Under the pieces are notes generated by a model. It ran no database searches, was not told the DNA's origin, and saw only the letters and a program-made list of their open reading frames with translations. A DNA stretch of 52,633 nucleotides. Source: an uncultured Mycoplasmatota bacterium (GTDB lineage Bacteria; Bacillota_I; Bacilli_A; RF39; UBA660). The stretch covers positions 1 through 52,633 of the forward strand of contig CAMNRN010000002.1 of the NCBI GenBank assembly GCA_946553095.1, given 5' to 3'. Positions 1 through 9,982 of the stretch are shown here, in pieces. The position numbers and the translations under genes are program-made. How positions within the stretch are numbered: the stretch's first letter is position 1; each line of letters begins with the position of its first letter.

Positions 1-105
1 CTTTATATTTTCCCCGGAGGAAAATTTTGAAAACGGGTTCTGGGTTTCTGGACCCCGTGATATTTATTCACCAAACTCGAAAAGAACCTATACATAATAT
101 TAATA

Positions 106-339
106 ATCTAATAAGCACTACTTAAAGCGGCTTATAAGATTACAAACTATGGCTCCAAATAATCATTAAGCCCAAATGATTTCATAGTTAGACATATATA
201 CCTCCTTAGGTAGTAAAAAATACTAACCAGTAATAAGTATTGTTCTGTTAACATAATCGCATATCGATATAAAATCTTTTCAAGTTCTTAAAAAATATAT
301 TAGAAGTATCTTATAAGTCGCTTTAAGTAGTGATTAGAT
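106..339 (+). repeat. Long-range inverted repeat (25-bp arms 116-140 / 308-332 plus 7-bp outer arms) upstream of first gene
   Basis: CACTACTTAAAGCGGCTTATAAGAT (116-140) is the reverse complement of 308-332 except one G-T pair; ATCTAAT 106-112 pairs with ATTAGAT 333-339. Confidence 0.9.
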
Positions 340-382
340 GATTGTATAATATTATAGAAGACTTAGGAAAGGAGTAATAAGT

Positions 383-718
383 ATGGCAAAAGTTAAGTCG
401 GTGAATAGTGAAACTAAAACCAAAAAAATGAGACCAGCCTTAACACCTGAAGCTAGGGAGAATCAGATGATTTATCTTGCTACAGAATTAGCTGAACAAC
501 AACTTCGTGATGGAACTGCTTCATCACAAGTTATTACTCACTTTTTAAAACTAGGTTCTACTAAAGAAAAACTTGAACATGAAATATTAGCAGAACAGAA
601 GAAGCTTATTACAGCTAAAACTGAGCAATTAGAATCAGCTAAACGAATTGAAGAGCTTTATGCTAATGCCATAAACGCTATGCGTGAATATGGTGGACAT
701 GGAGGATCTGATGAATAA
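383..718 (+). CDS. Conserved phage protein, possible terminase small subunit
   Basis: AAGGAG RBS; helical 111 aa; first gene of packaging module ahead of HNH and TerL. Confidence 0.5.
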   Translation: MAKVKSVNSETKTKKMRPALTPEARENQMIYLATELAEQQLRDGTASSQVITHFLKLGSTKEKLEHEILAEQKKLITAKTEQLESAKRIEELYANAINAMREYGGHGGSDE

Positions 719-1133
719 AATTCGTTGTTACTCAGAATTAATAAAGCTAAAAACATTCAAAGAGCGATATGAATATCTAAAGCTTGATGGTAAAGTTGGT
801 GAAGAAACATTTGGATTTGATAGATGGCTTAATCAAGCATTCTATAAATCTAAAGAATGGCAAAGAATCAGAAATGATGTAATTGCTAGAGACTTAGGTT
901 GTGACCTAGGTTGTATAGATCGAGAGATCATAGATGAAATGATACTAATTCATCATATGAATCCTATATCAAAAGAAGATATCATTAATAAAACGGATTT
1001 TCTTCTTAATCCAGAATATCTTATAACTACAATCGACAATACACACCGTGCAATACATTACGGTAATGAGGAGATGCTATATCAGCCTCCTATTGAAAGA
1101 TTTAAAAATGATCAGTGTCCATGGAGACACTAA
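711..1133 (+). CDS. HNH endonuclease (packaging-associated)
   Basis: FY.S.EW...R..VI.RD.GCDLG, IHHMNP and H..IH motifs; GGAGG RBS before ATG 711. Confidence 0.85.
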   Translation: MNKIRCYSELIKLKTFKERYEYLKLDGKVGEETFGFDRWLNQAFYKSKEWQRIRNDVIARDLGCDLGCIDREIIDEMILIHHMNPISKEDIINKTDFLLNPEYLITTIDNTHRAIHYGNEEMLYQPPIERFKNDQCPWRH

Positions 1134-1150
1134 GAAAAGAGGTTATAATT

Positions 1151-1669
1151 ATGGGAAATAAAAATTACAATAACTACTACAATAATAAACATGAGATGGC
1201 TCAGCATAGTCACAATGTTCCGCCTATTGTAGAGGAGACTCCTGTCGAGGAGGTTAAACAAGTCGAAACTGAAATAGAAAAAGTTGAAGATACTATTGTT
1301 GAATCTACTGATCCTTCTACAGTTGAAACAACTCCTATTTCTGGTATAAATGAAACTCTTGTTGAAGACGAAAATACTGGTGAAGTAACTGTTGAACCAG
1401 TTGAGAATGCTGAAGAACAAATTCGAAATGAAAATGTTTTAGAAGAAACTCCAACAAGTACTCAATCTAATGTTGTAAATGTTAGAGTAAATGCTAACGC
1501 ATTAAATATCCGTAAGGAACCAAAGAAAGACGCAGACATTGTAACTATTGTTTATAAAGATGAACTTTTAGTTTTACTTGAATCTACATCTATTGATGGA
1601 TTCTATAGAGTTAAAACTCTTACAGGTATTGAAGGTTATTGTATGGAACAATTTGTTGATTTAGTTTAA
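1151..1669 (+). CDS. Acidic protein with C-terminal SH3b-like domain
   Basis: C-terminal VNANALNIRKEP...GFYRVKT..GIEGY matches the bacterial SH3_3 pattern; E/T/V-rich low-complexity N-part. Confidence 0.7.
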   Translation: MGNKNYNNYYNNKHEMAQHSHNVPPIVEETPVEEVKQVETEIEKVEDTIVESTDPSTVETTPISGINETLVEDENTGEVTVEPVENAEEQIRNENVLEETPTSTQSNVVNVRVNANALNIRKEPKKDADIVTIVYKDELLVLLESTSIDGFYRVKTLTGIEGYCMEQFVDLV

Positions 1670-1682
1670 GGAGGTGTTTAGG

Positions 1683-2102
1683 ATGGAAGAGAATGTTGAA
1701 ACTAAAGATCCAATAGTTGAAGAACCAAAAGTGGGAGCTTTAGAAAATAGTATACTTGGTGATATTAAAAGTATGTTAGGACCGACTTATGATGATGAGA
1801 GTTTTGATACAGATATAATCATATACATAAATTCAACATTTACAATTCTTAGACAACTTGGTGTTGGACCAAAAGATGGATATCGAATAAAAGATAAAAA
1901 CAATATTTGGTCTGAATTTGTTAAAGATACAGAAGGCTTAGATGCGGTTAAAACTTACATTTATTTGAAAGTTAAACTTGTATTTGATCCCCCATTAAAT
2001 GCTTCTTTAGTTGAAGCTTTTAACACTCAAGTTAAAGAGTTGGAATGGAGATTAAATGTATCTGTTGAATCTGATCCGATTGGAGGAGAGAATAATGAAT
2101 AA
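1683..2102 (+). CDS. Putative head-tail connector/adaptor
   Basis: SIL..IK.MLG...FD.DIIIYINS.F..L.QLGVGP pattern of phage connector-like proteins; start uncertain (1674 or 1683). Confidence 0.55.
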   Translation: MEENVETKDPIVEEPKVGALENSILGDIKSMLGPTYDDESFDTDIIIYINSTFTILRQLGVGPKDGYRIKDKNNIWSEFVKDTEGLDAVKTYIYLKVKLVFDPPLNASLVEAFNTQVKELEWRLNVSVESDPIGGENNE

Positions 2103-2883
2103 TGAAGAAGTTATTGCTCACCATGGTGTAAGAGGTCAGAAATGGGGGATTAGAAGATATCAGTATTCTGATGGAAGTCTAACTCCTGCCGGTAGAAGAA
2201 GAGCTCAAAAACTCAAAGAAGATTATAAATCTTTAACCGGTAAAAAATTAAAGGGTAAGATACCAAAAGAAAGTCCCGAAGGAAAACCAGTTAAAAAATT
2301 GAATGATACTGAGTTATCAGATAGAATTAATAGACTAAGAAAAGAGAAAGAAGCTCTTGCGTTAGAAAAGGATTTATCTAGTAACGGCAGTAAATTTATT
2401 AGAACTGTTGGATCACAAGTTATTGCTCCAGCAGCAATTAGTGCTGGTAAAAGTTTGTTAGAAAAGAAACTTATGGAATGGGGTTCATCGGCTTTAGGTT
2501 TAAATAAGAAAGAAGTAAAATCTACTTATGAAAAATTAAAAGAAGAAGCCAATATATCCGATCTTAAAAAAAAGATTGCTGATAATAAAAGATGGTTAAA
2601 CGATGAAGCTGCCGGATTACATGATACAAAGAGGCAGAAAGAATCGAAACAAAATCAAAATAAGAAATCGGAATCGAAAGATAATAATAAAAGTTCGGGT
2701 AATAACTCAACCTATAATTTTAATTTCTTCGCAAATGAAAAGAAATATAATGAATATCGAGATGCTGGTAAAAAAGTATATGATGCAGTATATGAAGAAA
2801 AATCATCTACAAACATATATGACCAAGCATTATTAAAAGATAAAAGAAAGGGACAAAAGTTATTAGGTTTCTATGGTAGATAG
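2095..2883 (+). CDS. HHGV.GQKWG-motif phage protein
   Basis: N-terminal AHHGVRGQKWGIRRYQ..DGSLT.AG motif, typical of this phage group; GGAGG RBS. Confidence 0.75.
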   Translation: MNNEEVIAHHGVRGQKWGIRRYQYSDGSLTPAGRRRAQKLKEDYKSLTGKKLKGKIPKESPEGKPVKKLNDTELSDRINRLRKEKEALALEKDLSSNGSKFIRTVGSQVIAPAAISAGKSLLEKKLMEWGSSALGLNKKEVKSTYEKLKEEANISDLKKKIADNKRWLNDEAAGLHDTKRQKESKQNQNKKSESKDNNKSSGNNSTYNFNFFANEKKYNEYRDAGKKVYDAVYEEKSSTNIYDQALLKDKRKGQKLLGFYGR

Positions 2884-4627
2884 TAATCTATCTAATACCG
2901 CTGTACCCAAATATTATGGTGAATTTAGAGACGCTGTAATCCGTGGTGAAACACCAGTTTGTGAAACAATATCTATGGAAATGAATCGAATAGATCAATT
3001 GATAGCAAATCCTGGTATATACTACGACTGTAATGCGGTTGAAGGATTTATAAGATATTGCGAAAGAGAATTAACGTTAACAGATGGAGAGGATTTAATA
3101 CTATTAGATTCTTTCAAACTTTGGGCTGAACAATTACTTGGTTGGTATTATTATGTTGAACGTAGTGTCTATGTTCCATCAGAAGATGGTAGAGCTGGAC
3201 ATTACGAGAATAGACGAATTAAAAAACGTCTTATAAATAAGCAATATTTGATTGTAGCGAGGGGTGCTGCAAAATCACAGTATGAATCTTATGTTCATAA
3301 CTATTTTTTGAATGTTGATACAACAACAACTCATCAAGTACATACTGCTCCTACAATGAAACAAGCTGAAGAGGTCTTATCACCTATTAGAACTGCTATA
3401 ACTAGATCTAGAGGTCCGTTGTTTCAATTCCTTACTGAAGGATCAATAAATAACACAACTGGATCTAAAATAAATAGAGTTAAGTTAGCATCTACCAAAA
3501 AGGGTATTGAAAATTTCTTAACCGGATCTTTATTAGAAATTAGACCGATGACTATAGACAAATTACAAGGTTTAAATAGCCGAATTAATTCTGTCGATGA
3601 ATGGTTATCTGGAGATATCAGAGAAGATGTTATAGGTGCGCTGGAACAGGGTGCTTCTAAGAATGATGACTATTTAATATTAGCCGTTAGTTCTGAGGGT
3701 ACAGTTCGTAATGGACCAGGTGATACAATAAAGATGGAGTTAATGGACATCCTAAAAGGAGAATACGTTAATCCACATGTATCTATATTTTGGTATAAAC
3801 TTGACAATTTGGATGAAGTTTCTGAACCAGATAAATGGGTCAAGGCTAATCCAAATATTGGTAAAACTGTTAGTTATGAAACATATCAGTTAGATGTTGA
3901 AAGAGCCGAAAAGGCCCCAGCAAACAGAAATGATATTTTAGCTAAAAGATTTGGTATACCAATGGAAGGTTATACTTATTTCTTTACTTATGAAGAAACA
4001 CTTCCTCATAGGAAAAGGGATTACTGGCAAATGCCTTGCGCTCTTGGAGCGGATTTATCACAAGGTGATGACTTCTGTGCATTTACCTTCTTATTTCCAC
4101 TTCCTAGAATGGCTTTTGGCATAAAAACCAGAAACTATATCAGTGAAAGGACATTAATGAAATTACAGCCAGCAATGAGAATAAAATATGAGCATTTTAT
4201 CAAAGAAGGTTCTCTAATAGTAATGGATGGCACTGTTCTTGATATGATGCAAGTATATGAAGATCTAGATGAACATATTATCGCTACCGGTTACGATATA
4301 CGAGCATTTGGATATGACCCATATAATGCGAAAGATTTCGTTGAGAGATGGGAAAGAGAAAATGGTCCATTTGGAATTGAAAAAGTTCCACAAGGTGCCA
4401 AAACAGAGTCAGTTCCTTTGGGTGAACTAAAGAAAATGGCTGAAGACAGGTTATTGATCTTCGATGAGGAATTAATGACATTTACTATGGGTAACTGTAT
4501 AACTCTAGAAGATACTAATGGTAACCGAAAACTTTATAAGAAACGTTACGATCAAAAAATAGACGCTGTTGCAGCTATGATGGATGCGTACATTGCTTAT
4601 AAGAATAATAGAGATGCGTTTGAATAG
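2873..4627 (+). CDS. terL: Terminase large subunit
   Basis: Walker A-like ARGAAKS, Walker B VDEW, nuclease GADLS and C-terminal KIDAVAAMMDA. Confidence 0.95.
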   Translation: MVDSNLSNTAVPKYYGEFRDAVIRGETPVCETISMEMNRIDQLIANPGIYYDCNAVEGFIRYCERELTLTDGEDLILLDSFKLWAEQLLGWYYYVERSVYVPSEDGRAGHYENRRIKKRLINKQYLIVARGAAKSQYESYVHNYFLNVDTTTTHQVHTAPTMKQAEEVLSPIRTAITRSRGPLFQFLTEGSINNTTGSKINRVKLASTKKGIENFLTGSLLEIRPMTIDKLQGLNSRINSVDEWLSGDIREDVIGALEQGASKNDDYLILAVSSEGTVRNGPGDTIKMELMDILKGEYVNPHVSIFWYKLDNLDEVSEPDKWVKANPNIGKTVSYETYQLDVERAEKAPANRNDILAKRFGIPMEGYTYFFTYEETLPHRKRDYWQMPCALGADLSQGDDFCAFTFLFPLPRMAFGIKTRNYISERTLMKLQPAMRIKYEHFIKEGSLIVMDGTVLDMMQVYEDLDEHIIATGYDIRAFGYDPYNAKDFVERWERENGPFGIEKVPQGAKTESVPLGELKKMAEDRLLIFDEELMTFTMGNCITLEDTNGNRKLYKKRYDQKIDAVAAMMDAYIAYKNNRDAFE

Positions 4628-4666
4628 GGTTATCCTATCGACAAATTATTAAAGGGAGGATTCAAA

Positions 4667-5956
4667 ATGGAAAATAATTTAGGATCACGTATTAAAAAAG
4701 CGTGGAACATATTTCTAAATCCAAACCTCTTTGTTAATTCTACTTCTGGTGGTTCTTATAGTAGACCAGATAGACCTAGATTAAGAAATCTCAATGAACG
4801 AACTATAATAACATCTGTTATAACAAAACTTGCAGTTGATGTTAGCACTATAGATATAATGCATTGTAAATTAGATGATAAAGATAGGTATAAAGATGTT
4901 CTTAATACTAAATTAAATGAACGTTTAACAATAGATGCAAATATCGATCAAACATCAAGAGCATTTATAAGAGATGTTGTTATGACAATGCTTGATGAAG
5001 GATGTGCAGCAATAGTGCCTGTTGACACTACGCTAGATCCTAACGATACGCAATCATATGAAATCGACAGTATGCGTGTCGGTAAGATTGTTGGTTGGTA
5101 TCCAAAACATGTCATGGTCAGTTTGTACAATGATAAAGTTGGATATAGACAAGACGTTTTAGTGCCTAAAAAGAATACAGCTATTATTGAAAATCCATTA
5201 TTTCCAGTAATGAATGAATCCAATTCAACTTTAAAAAGACTTACTAGAAAACTAGCGTTACTAGATGTTATAGATGAACAAAGTGGATCTGGTCGATTAG
5301 ATTTGATTATTCAATTGCCTTACACTGTTAAATCCGAGGCAAGAAGAAGTCAAGCTAATCAAAGAAGAGACGAAATTGAACAACAGTTAAGAGGTACCAA
5401 ATATGGTATTGCTTATACTGATGGTACTGAAAAGATTACTCAGTTAAATCGTCCTGTTGAAAATAATCTGATGAAACAAATCGAATATTTAACGAGCATG
5501 CTTTATAGCCAGTTATGTATTTCGCAGACCGTTTTAGATGGTACGGCAGACGAGAAAACCATGAATAATTATTATACTAGAACCGTTGAACCTATTATTA
5601 CATCTATTGTTGATGAAATGAATAGGAAGTTCATTAGTAAAACTGCTAGGACTCAAAAACAAAAGATTTTATTCTTTAGAGATCCATTTAAGTTAGTTCC
5701 TGTAAGTCAAGTAGCTGAAATAGCTGATAAATTTACAAGAAATGAAATCTTGTCTTCTAATGAGGTTAGACAAGTTATAGGACGTAAACCATCAGACGAT
5801 CCTAAGGCAGATCAACTTATAAATAGTAATATATCTCAAGCTAAGACTGATGTCCAAGCTAATCAAACTCCTACTGCACCAACTTCTGGTGAGGAATCTG
5901 ATAAAAAGACTGATACAATTTATGGTAACCTGCCTAAAGAAGAATCAGATACATAA
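4667..5956 (+). CDS. Portal protein
   Basis: 429 aa directly after TerL; C-terminal ILSSNEVRQVIG is an HK97-like portal signature. Confidence 0.9.
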   Translation: MENNLGSRIKKAWNIFLNPNLFVNSTSGGSYSRPDRPRLRNLNERTIITSVITKLAVDVSTIDIMHCKLDDKDRYKDVLNTKLNERLTIDANIDQTSRAFIRDVVMTMLDEGCAAIVPVDTTLDPNDTQSYEIDSMRVGKIVGWYPKHVMVSLYNDKVGYRQDVLVPKKNTAIIENPLFPVMNESNSTLKRLTRKLALLDVIDEQSGSGRLDLIIQLPYTVKSEARRSQANQRRDEIEQQLRGTKYGIAYTDGTEKITQLNRPVENNLMKQIEYLTSMLYSQLCISQTVLDGTADEKTMNNYYTRTVEPIITSIVDEMNRKFISKTARTQKQKILFFRDPFKLVPVSQVAEIADKFTRNEILSSNEVRQVIGRKPSDDPKADQLINSNISQAKTDVQANQTPTAPTSGEESDKKTDTIYGNLPKEESDT

Positions 5957-5974
5957 TGAAAAGGAGGATTCAAA

Positions 5975-7981
5975 ATGGAATATGATTTTAGTGGATGGGC
6001 TACCAAAAATAACATTAAATGTTCCGATGGTAGAACTATTATGCGTGATGCTTTCAAAGATAACGATGGACAAAAAGTTCCATTAGTTTGGAATCACCAA
6101 CATAATCATCCTGATGAGGTTCTAGGACATGCTTTATTGGAAAATAGAGCAGAAGGTGTTTATGCTTATTGTAAGTTCAATGACACTGAGTCTGGACAAA
6201 CCGCTAAAAAGCTCGTAGTTAATGGCGATGTAGACCAATTATCTATATATGCGAATAAACTAAAATCTCAAGCTAATAATGTTATCCATGGTTGCATTCG
6301 AGAAGTTAGTTTAGTATTAGCTGGAGCAAATCCTGGTGCTTTTATTGATTCTGTAATTAGTCATAGTGAAGACGGAGATGATGAAGAAGAAGGTGTAATT
6401 TACACTGATGAAAACATCGAAGTTGAAACTACTAAGGAAGAATCAGAAGAAGATACTGGGGTTGTTGAAACTGATGAAGTTGTTATTGATGATCCAGAAG
6501 AGTCTAAAGAATCTGAGGAATCAGAGAAAAAAGATGAATCTGAAGAAGATAAAACCGATTCAGGAAATGATGAATCTGGAGAAGAAGTTAAGCATTCAGA
6601 TGATAAAACTATCGAAAGTGTGTTTAATACTTTGAATGAGGATCAAAAGAAAGTCGTTAATACCATGACTGGTATTGTTTCTAAAGGTAAAAGTTTAGAT
6701 GAACAAAGCGATGAATTCAAAACTACTGTAAGTAATATGATGGACTCTTTGAATGATGAACAAAAAGACGTTGTATACGCTTTAGTAGGATCTGCTTCAG
6801 AAGTAAAATCTTCTGATAGTGGAAAAGAAAACAAAGATAATGAAGGAGAGGATTCTAATATGAAACATAATGTTTTCGAAAATGAAGAGAAGAATGACAC
6901 TTTAGTACATTCAGAAATCATAGCTGATGCCCTTGCTGATGCTAAAAAATATGGTTCTATGAGGGATAGCTTTATAGAACATGCTGCTGCTAATAATATC
7001 GAAAATATCGATTATTTATTCCCAGAAGCAAAAGAACTTAATACCCCACCAGTAGTTATCAAAGATAACGAAGAATGGGTTGGTGTTATCATGAACTCTG
7101 TTAGACGTAGTCCATTCTCAAGAGTAAAAACTACTTTTGCTAAAATGGATGAAACAACTGCCAGAGCTAAAGGTTATATTAAAGGTAACATGAAAGCTAA
7201 TATTGCTTTATCATTACTTAAACGTATAACTACTCCAACAACTGTATACATCAAAAATACTATGGATAGAGATGATGTTATCGATATCACTGATTTTGAT
7301 GTAGTTGCTTGGTTAAAAGGAGAAATGAGAGGACAACTTAATAAAGAATTAGCATTAGCTATGTTATTAGGTGATGGTAGAGATGTTTCTGATGATAATA
7401 AAATCAACGAACAAAATATCAGACCTATCGTTTCTGATGATAATCTTTATACTATTAAATATGAAGTTAAGAGTGGTAGAGATTATAAAAATACTGCTAA
7501 TAGTGTATCAGAAAATGATTCATTATCTAAAGGTATTATTCGTGCTGCTATTAAGTCACGTAAAGATTATAAAGGATCAGGTAAACCAACATTCTTCACT
7601 ACTGAAGATATCTTAACTGATCTATTATTAATCGAAGACCAAAATGGTCGTATTATTTACGATTCTATTGAAAAATTAGCTACTGCTATGAGAGTAAGTA
7701 AGATCGTAACTGTTCCAGAAATGGAATCAAGAACTGATATCTATGGTGTTATCGTTAACTTCAACGATTATACTGCAGGTGCAGACAAAGGTGGACATGT
7801 TGGTATGTTTGATGATTTCGATATCGATTACAACCAAATGAAATACCTAATGGAAACAAGAATGTCTGGCGCATTAACTGTTCCATATTCAGCTATTGTC
7901 CTTAAGAAGGAAACAACTACTTCTAGCAGATCTAGTTCAGGTACCACTGGAGGCGAAGAAACTAATCAACCACAAGGTTAG
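5975..7981 (+). CDS. Prohead protease-scaffold-major capsid fusion
   Basis: N-terminal HK97-type protease (VPLVWNHQH, LSIYA, EVSLV..GANP), acidic linker, capsid region (ALAMLLGDG). Confidence 0.9.
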   Translation: MEYDFSGWATKNNIKCSDGRTIMRDAFKDNDGQKVPLVWNHQHNHPDEVLGHALLENRAEGVYAYCKFNDTESGQTAKKLVVNGDVDQLSIYANKLKSQANNVIHGCIREVSLVLAGANPGAFIDSVISHSEDGDDEEEGVIYTDENIEVETTKEESEEDTGVVETDEVVIDDPEESKESEESEKKDESEEDKTDSGNDESGEEVKHSDDKTIESVFNTLNEDQKKVVNTMTGIVSKGKSLDEQSDEFKTTVSNMMDSLNDEQKDVVYALVGSASEVKSSDSGKENKDNEGEDSNMKHNVFENEEKNDTLVHSEIIADALADAKKYGSMRDSFIEHAAANNIENIDYLFPEAKELNTPPVVIKDNEEWVGVIMNSVRRSPFSRVKTTFAKMDETTARAKGYIKGNMKANIALSLLKRITTPTTVYIKNTMDRDDVIDITDFDVVAWLKGEMRGQLNKELALAMLLGDGRDVSDDNKINEQNIRPIVSDDNLYTIKYEVKSGRDYKNTANSVSENDSLSKGIIRAAIKSRKDYKGSGKPTFFTTEDILTDLLLIEDQNGRIIYDSIEKLATAMRVSKIVTVPEMESRTDIYGVIVNFNDYTAGADKGGHVGMFDDFDIDYNQMKYLMETRMSGALTVPYSAIVLKKETTTSSRSSSGTTGGEETNQPQG

Positions 7982-8032
7982 TAGTGAGAGGGAGTTTCCT
8001 CTCTCCCAATAAAAAGTAAAGGAGGAATCAAA

Positions 8033-8353
8033 ATGGCAAAATTTAGCGGTAAAATAGGTTTTATGGTTACTGTTGAAACTGAACCTGGATACTGGGAAGA
8101 GACAATTGTTGAAAAACCATATCGAGGAGATGTTACAAGAAATACTAGCCGTATGCAACCTAATTCAAACACTATTGATGATATAACTATAAGTAATAAC
8201 ATTAGTATTGTTGCAGACCCATTTGCTAATGAGAATTTTATGCATATGAAATATGTTACATTTATGAAAAATAAGTGGAAAATTTCTAATGTTGAAATTC
8301 AGTATCCAAGAATACTCTTGACTTTAGGAGGTTTGTATAATGAGCAAAAATAA
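8033..8353 (+). CDS. Head closure / head-tail joining protein
   Basis: 106 aa beta-rich, position after capsid, GGAGG RBS. Confidence 0.6.
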   Translation: MAKFSGKIGFMVTVETEPGYWEETIVEKPYRGDVTRNTSRMQPNSNTIDDITISNNISIVADPFANENFMHMKYVTFMKNKWKISNVEIQYPRILLTLGGLYNEQK

Positions 8354-8651
8354 ACGATTAGAACTACATCAAAAATTAGTAGATTTATTCGGGAATGATC
8401 ATGTTTATTATCGACCTCCTGAAAATCTCAAGAGAGAATATCCTTGTATACAATATAAAAAAGACGATATAGAGCTAGAGCACGCTGATAATATCGCCTA
8501 TCGAAAGACTGATCGATATGTACTAACTATTATCGATAAGAAACCCGATAATCCTGTGATTAATAAATTATTAGATTTACCAATGTGTAGTTTTAATACT
8601 CACTATGAATCTAATGGTTTTAATCATGATGTGCTCACAATATATTATTAA
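8340..8651 (+). CDS. Tail completion/terminator protein
   Basis: VYY.PP....YPCI.Y pattern; sits just before major tail gene. Confidence 0.65.
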   Translation: MSKNKRLELHQKLVDLFGNDHVYYRPPENLKREYPCIQYKKDDIELEHADNIAYRKTDRYVLTIIDKKPDNPVINKLLDLPMCSFNTHYESNGFNHDVLTIYY

Positions 8652-8669
8652 TAAGGGAGGAATTTTATT

Positions 8670-9323
8670 ATGCCTAAAATAGAATGGGATAAAACTGGCG
8701 AAAGATATTACGAAACTGGTGTCAGTAAAGGTGTTCTTTACCCTATGGCTAGTGGTACATATGGTAAAGGTGTTGCTTGGAATGGTTTGACTAACGTTTC
8801 TGAATCTCCAGAAGGAGCTGAAGCAACAGCATTATATGCAGATAATATCAAGTATCTTAACTTGTTATCAAATGAGGAGTTTAAAGCTACTATTGAAGCT
8901 TATACTTACCCAGATGAATTTGCTGAATGTAATGGTGAGAAGGCTCTTGTTGAAGGAGTTAACGTTGGTCAACAAAAACGTAAAGCATTCGGTTTAAGTT
9001 ATCAAACTAAAGTTGGTAACGATGTTGATAGTGATCTTGGTTATAAGATTCACTTAGTTTACAATTGTTTAGCTGCTCCAAGTGAGAAAGCTTATGCAAC
9101 TGTAAACGATAGTCCAGAAGCAATTACTTTCTCTTGGGAAGTTTCAACTACTCCAGTTGAAGTACCAGGTATGAAACCAACTGCATTATTGACTATTGAT
9201 TCTACCAAAGTTGATGCTGCAAAATTAGTTGAATTAGAGAAAATCCTTTATGGAGATGAAACTAATGAACCTAAATTACCTACACCAGCTGAGGTAGCGG
9301 CTCTTTTTAATACAGCCGGATAA
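8670..9323 (+). CDS. Major tail (tube) protein
   Basis: GVAWNGLT, LYADN.KY, AYTYPDEF, TVNDSPEAITFSWE are siphovirus tail tube motifs. Confidence 0.9.
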   Translation: MPKIEWDKTGERYYETGVSKGVLYPMASGTYGKGVAWNGLTNVSESPEGAEATALYADNIKYLNLLSNEEFKATIEAYTYPDEFAECNGEKALVEGVNVGQQKRKAFGLSYQTKVGNDVDSDLGYKIHLVYNCLAAPSEKAYATVNDSPEAITFSWEVSTTPVEVPGMKPTALLTIDSTKVDAAKLVELEKILYGDETNEPKLPTPAEVAALFNTAG

Positions 9324-9364
9324 TATTAATATTAAATTATCTGGTAGAAAACTAGAGAATATTT

Positions 9365-9404
9365 AAAAGGACTTGTATTATAATCGAACAGGTCCTTTTT
9401 TTTT
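9365..9404 (+). terminator. Intrinsic terminator after major tail gene
   Basis: AAAAGGACTTGT / ACAGGTCCTTTT stem followed by T run. Confidence 0.8.
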
Positions 9405-9434
9405 AATTTAAATTTTGAAAGGATGGATACGATT

Positions 9435-9953
9435 ATGTTAAAAAAAACTATTAAATATACTGATTACAATGGAGTTGAAAGAACTGAAGATTTCTTATTC
9501 AACTTAACAAAAGCTGAAATTATGGATATGCAAATGGGAACTGCTGGAGGATTAGCTGATATGATAGCATCTCTAGTTAGATCTCAAAACATGCCTGAAA
9601 TCATAAGAATCTTTAAGAACATTATTCTTAAAGCTTATGGTGAAAAAAGTGCTGATGGTAAGAGATTCGTTAAAACTGGACCTAATGGTGAATCTTTGGG
9701 ACAACAATTTAGCGAAACTGAAGCATTCTCTATTCTTTATATGGAATTAGCTACAGACTCTAAAGCTGCTGCTAAATTCGTAAATGGTATTATACCTGCA
9801 GATATGGAAGTTAGTGAAGCTAAACAAAATGAAGTAATGAAGGAATTATTCGGCGAAAGTGCTCCCGAGGTTGCTTCACAAGAAACAGCTCAAATAACTC
9901 AAGCTCCTGTAGAGGAAGTTGTAAATCCTGTAGTAAACAATACACAAAATTAA
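9435..9953 (+). CDS. Tail assembly chaperone (putative)
   Basis: Position between tail tube and tape measure; start 9423 or 9435. Confidence 0.65.
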   Translation: MLKKTIKYTDYNGVERTEDFLFNLTKAEIMDMQMGTAGGLADMIASLVRSQNMPEIIRIFKNIILKAYGEKSADGKRFVKTGPNGESLGQQFSETEAFSILYMELATDSKAAAKFVNGIIPADMEVSEAKQNEVMKELFGESAPEVASQETAQITQAPVEEVVNPVVNNTQN

Positions 9954-9982
9954 TTATTGGTTAGTTAAAAGGAGGTAAGAGA

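Noticed and set aside
2728-2751. Extra promoter motif copy TTCGC...TATAAT
   Set aside because: Spacing is 13 rather than 15 nt, ACA is missing, and it lies inside a coding region
7986-8003. Terminator after capsid gene
   Set aside because: GAGAGG/CCTCTC hairpin is present but lacks a T tract; more likely an mRNA-stabilising stem
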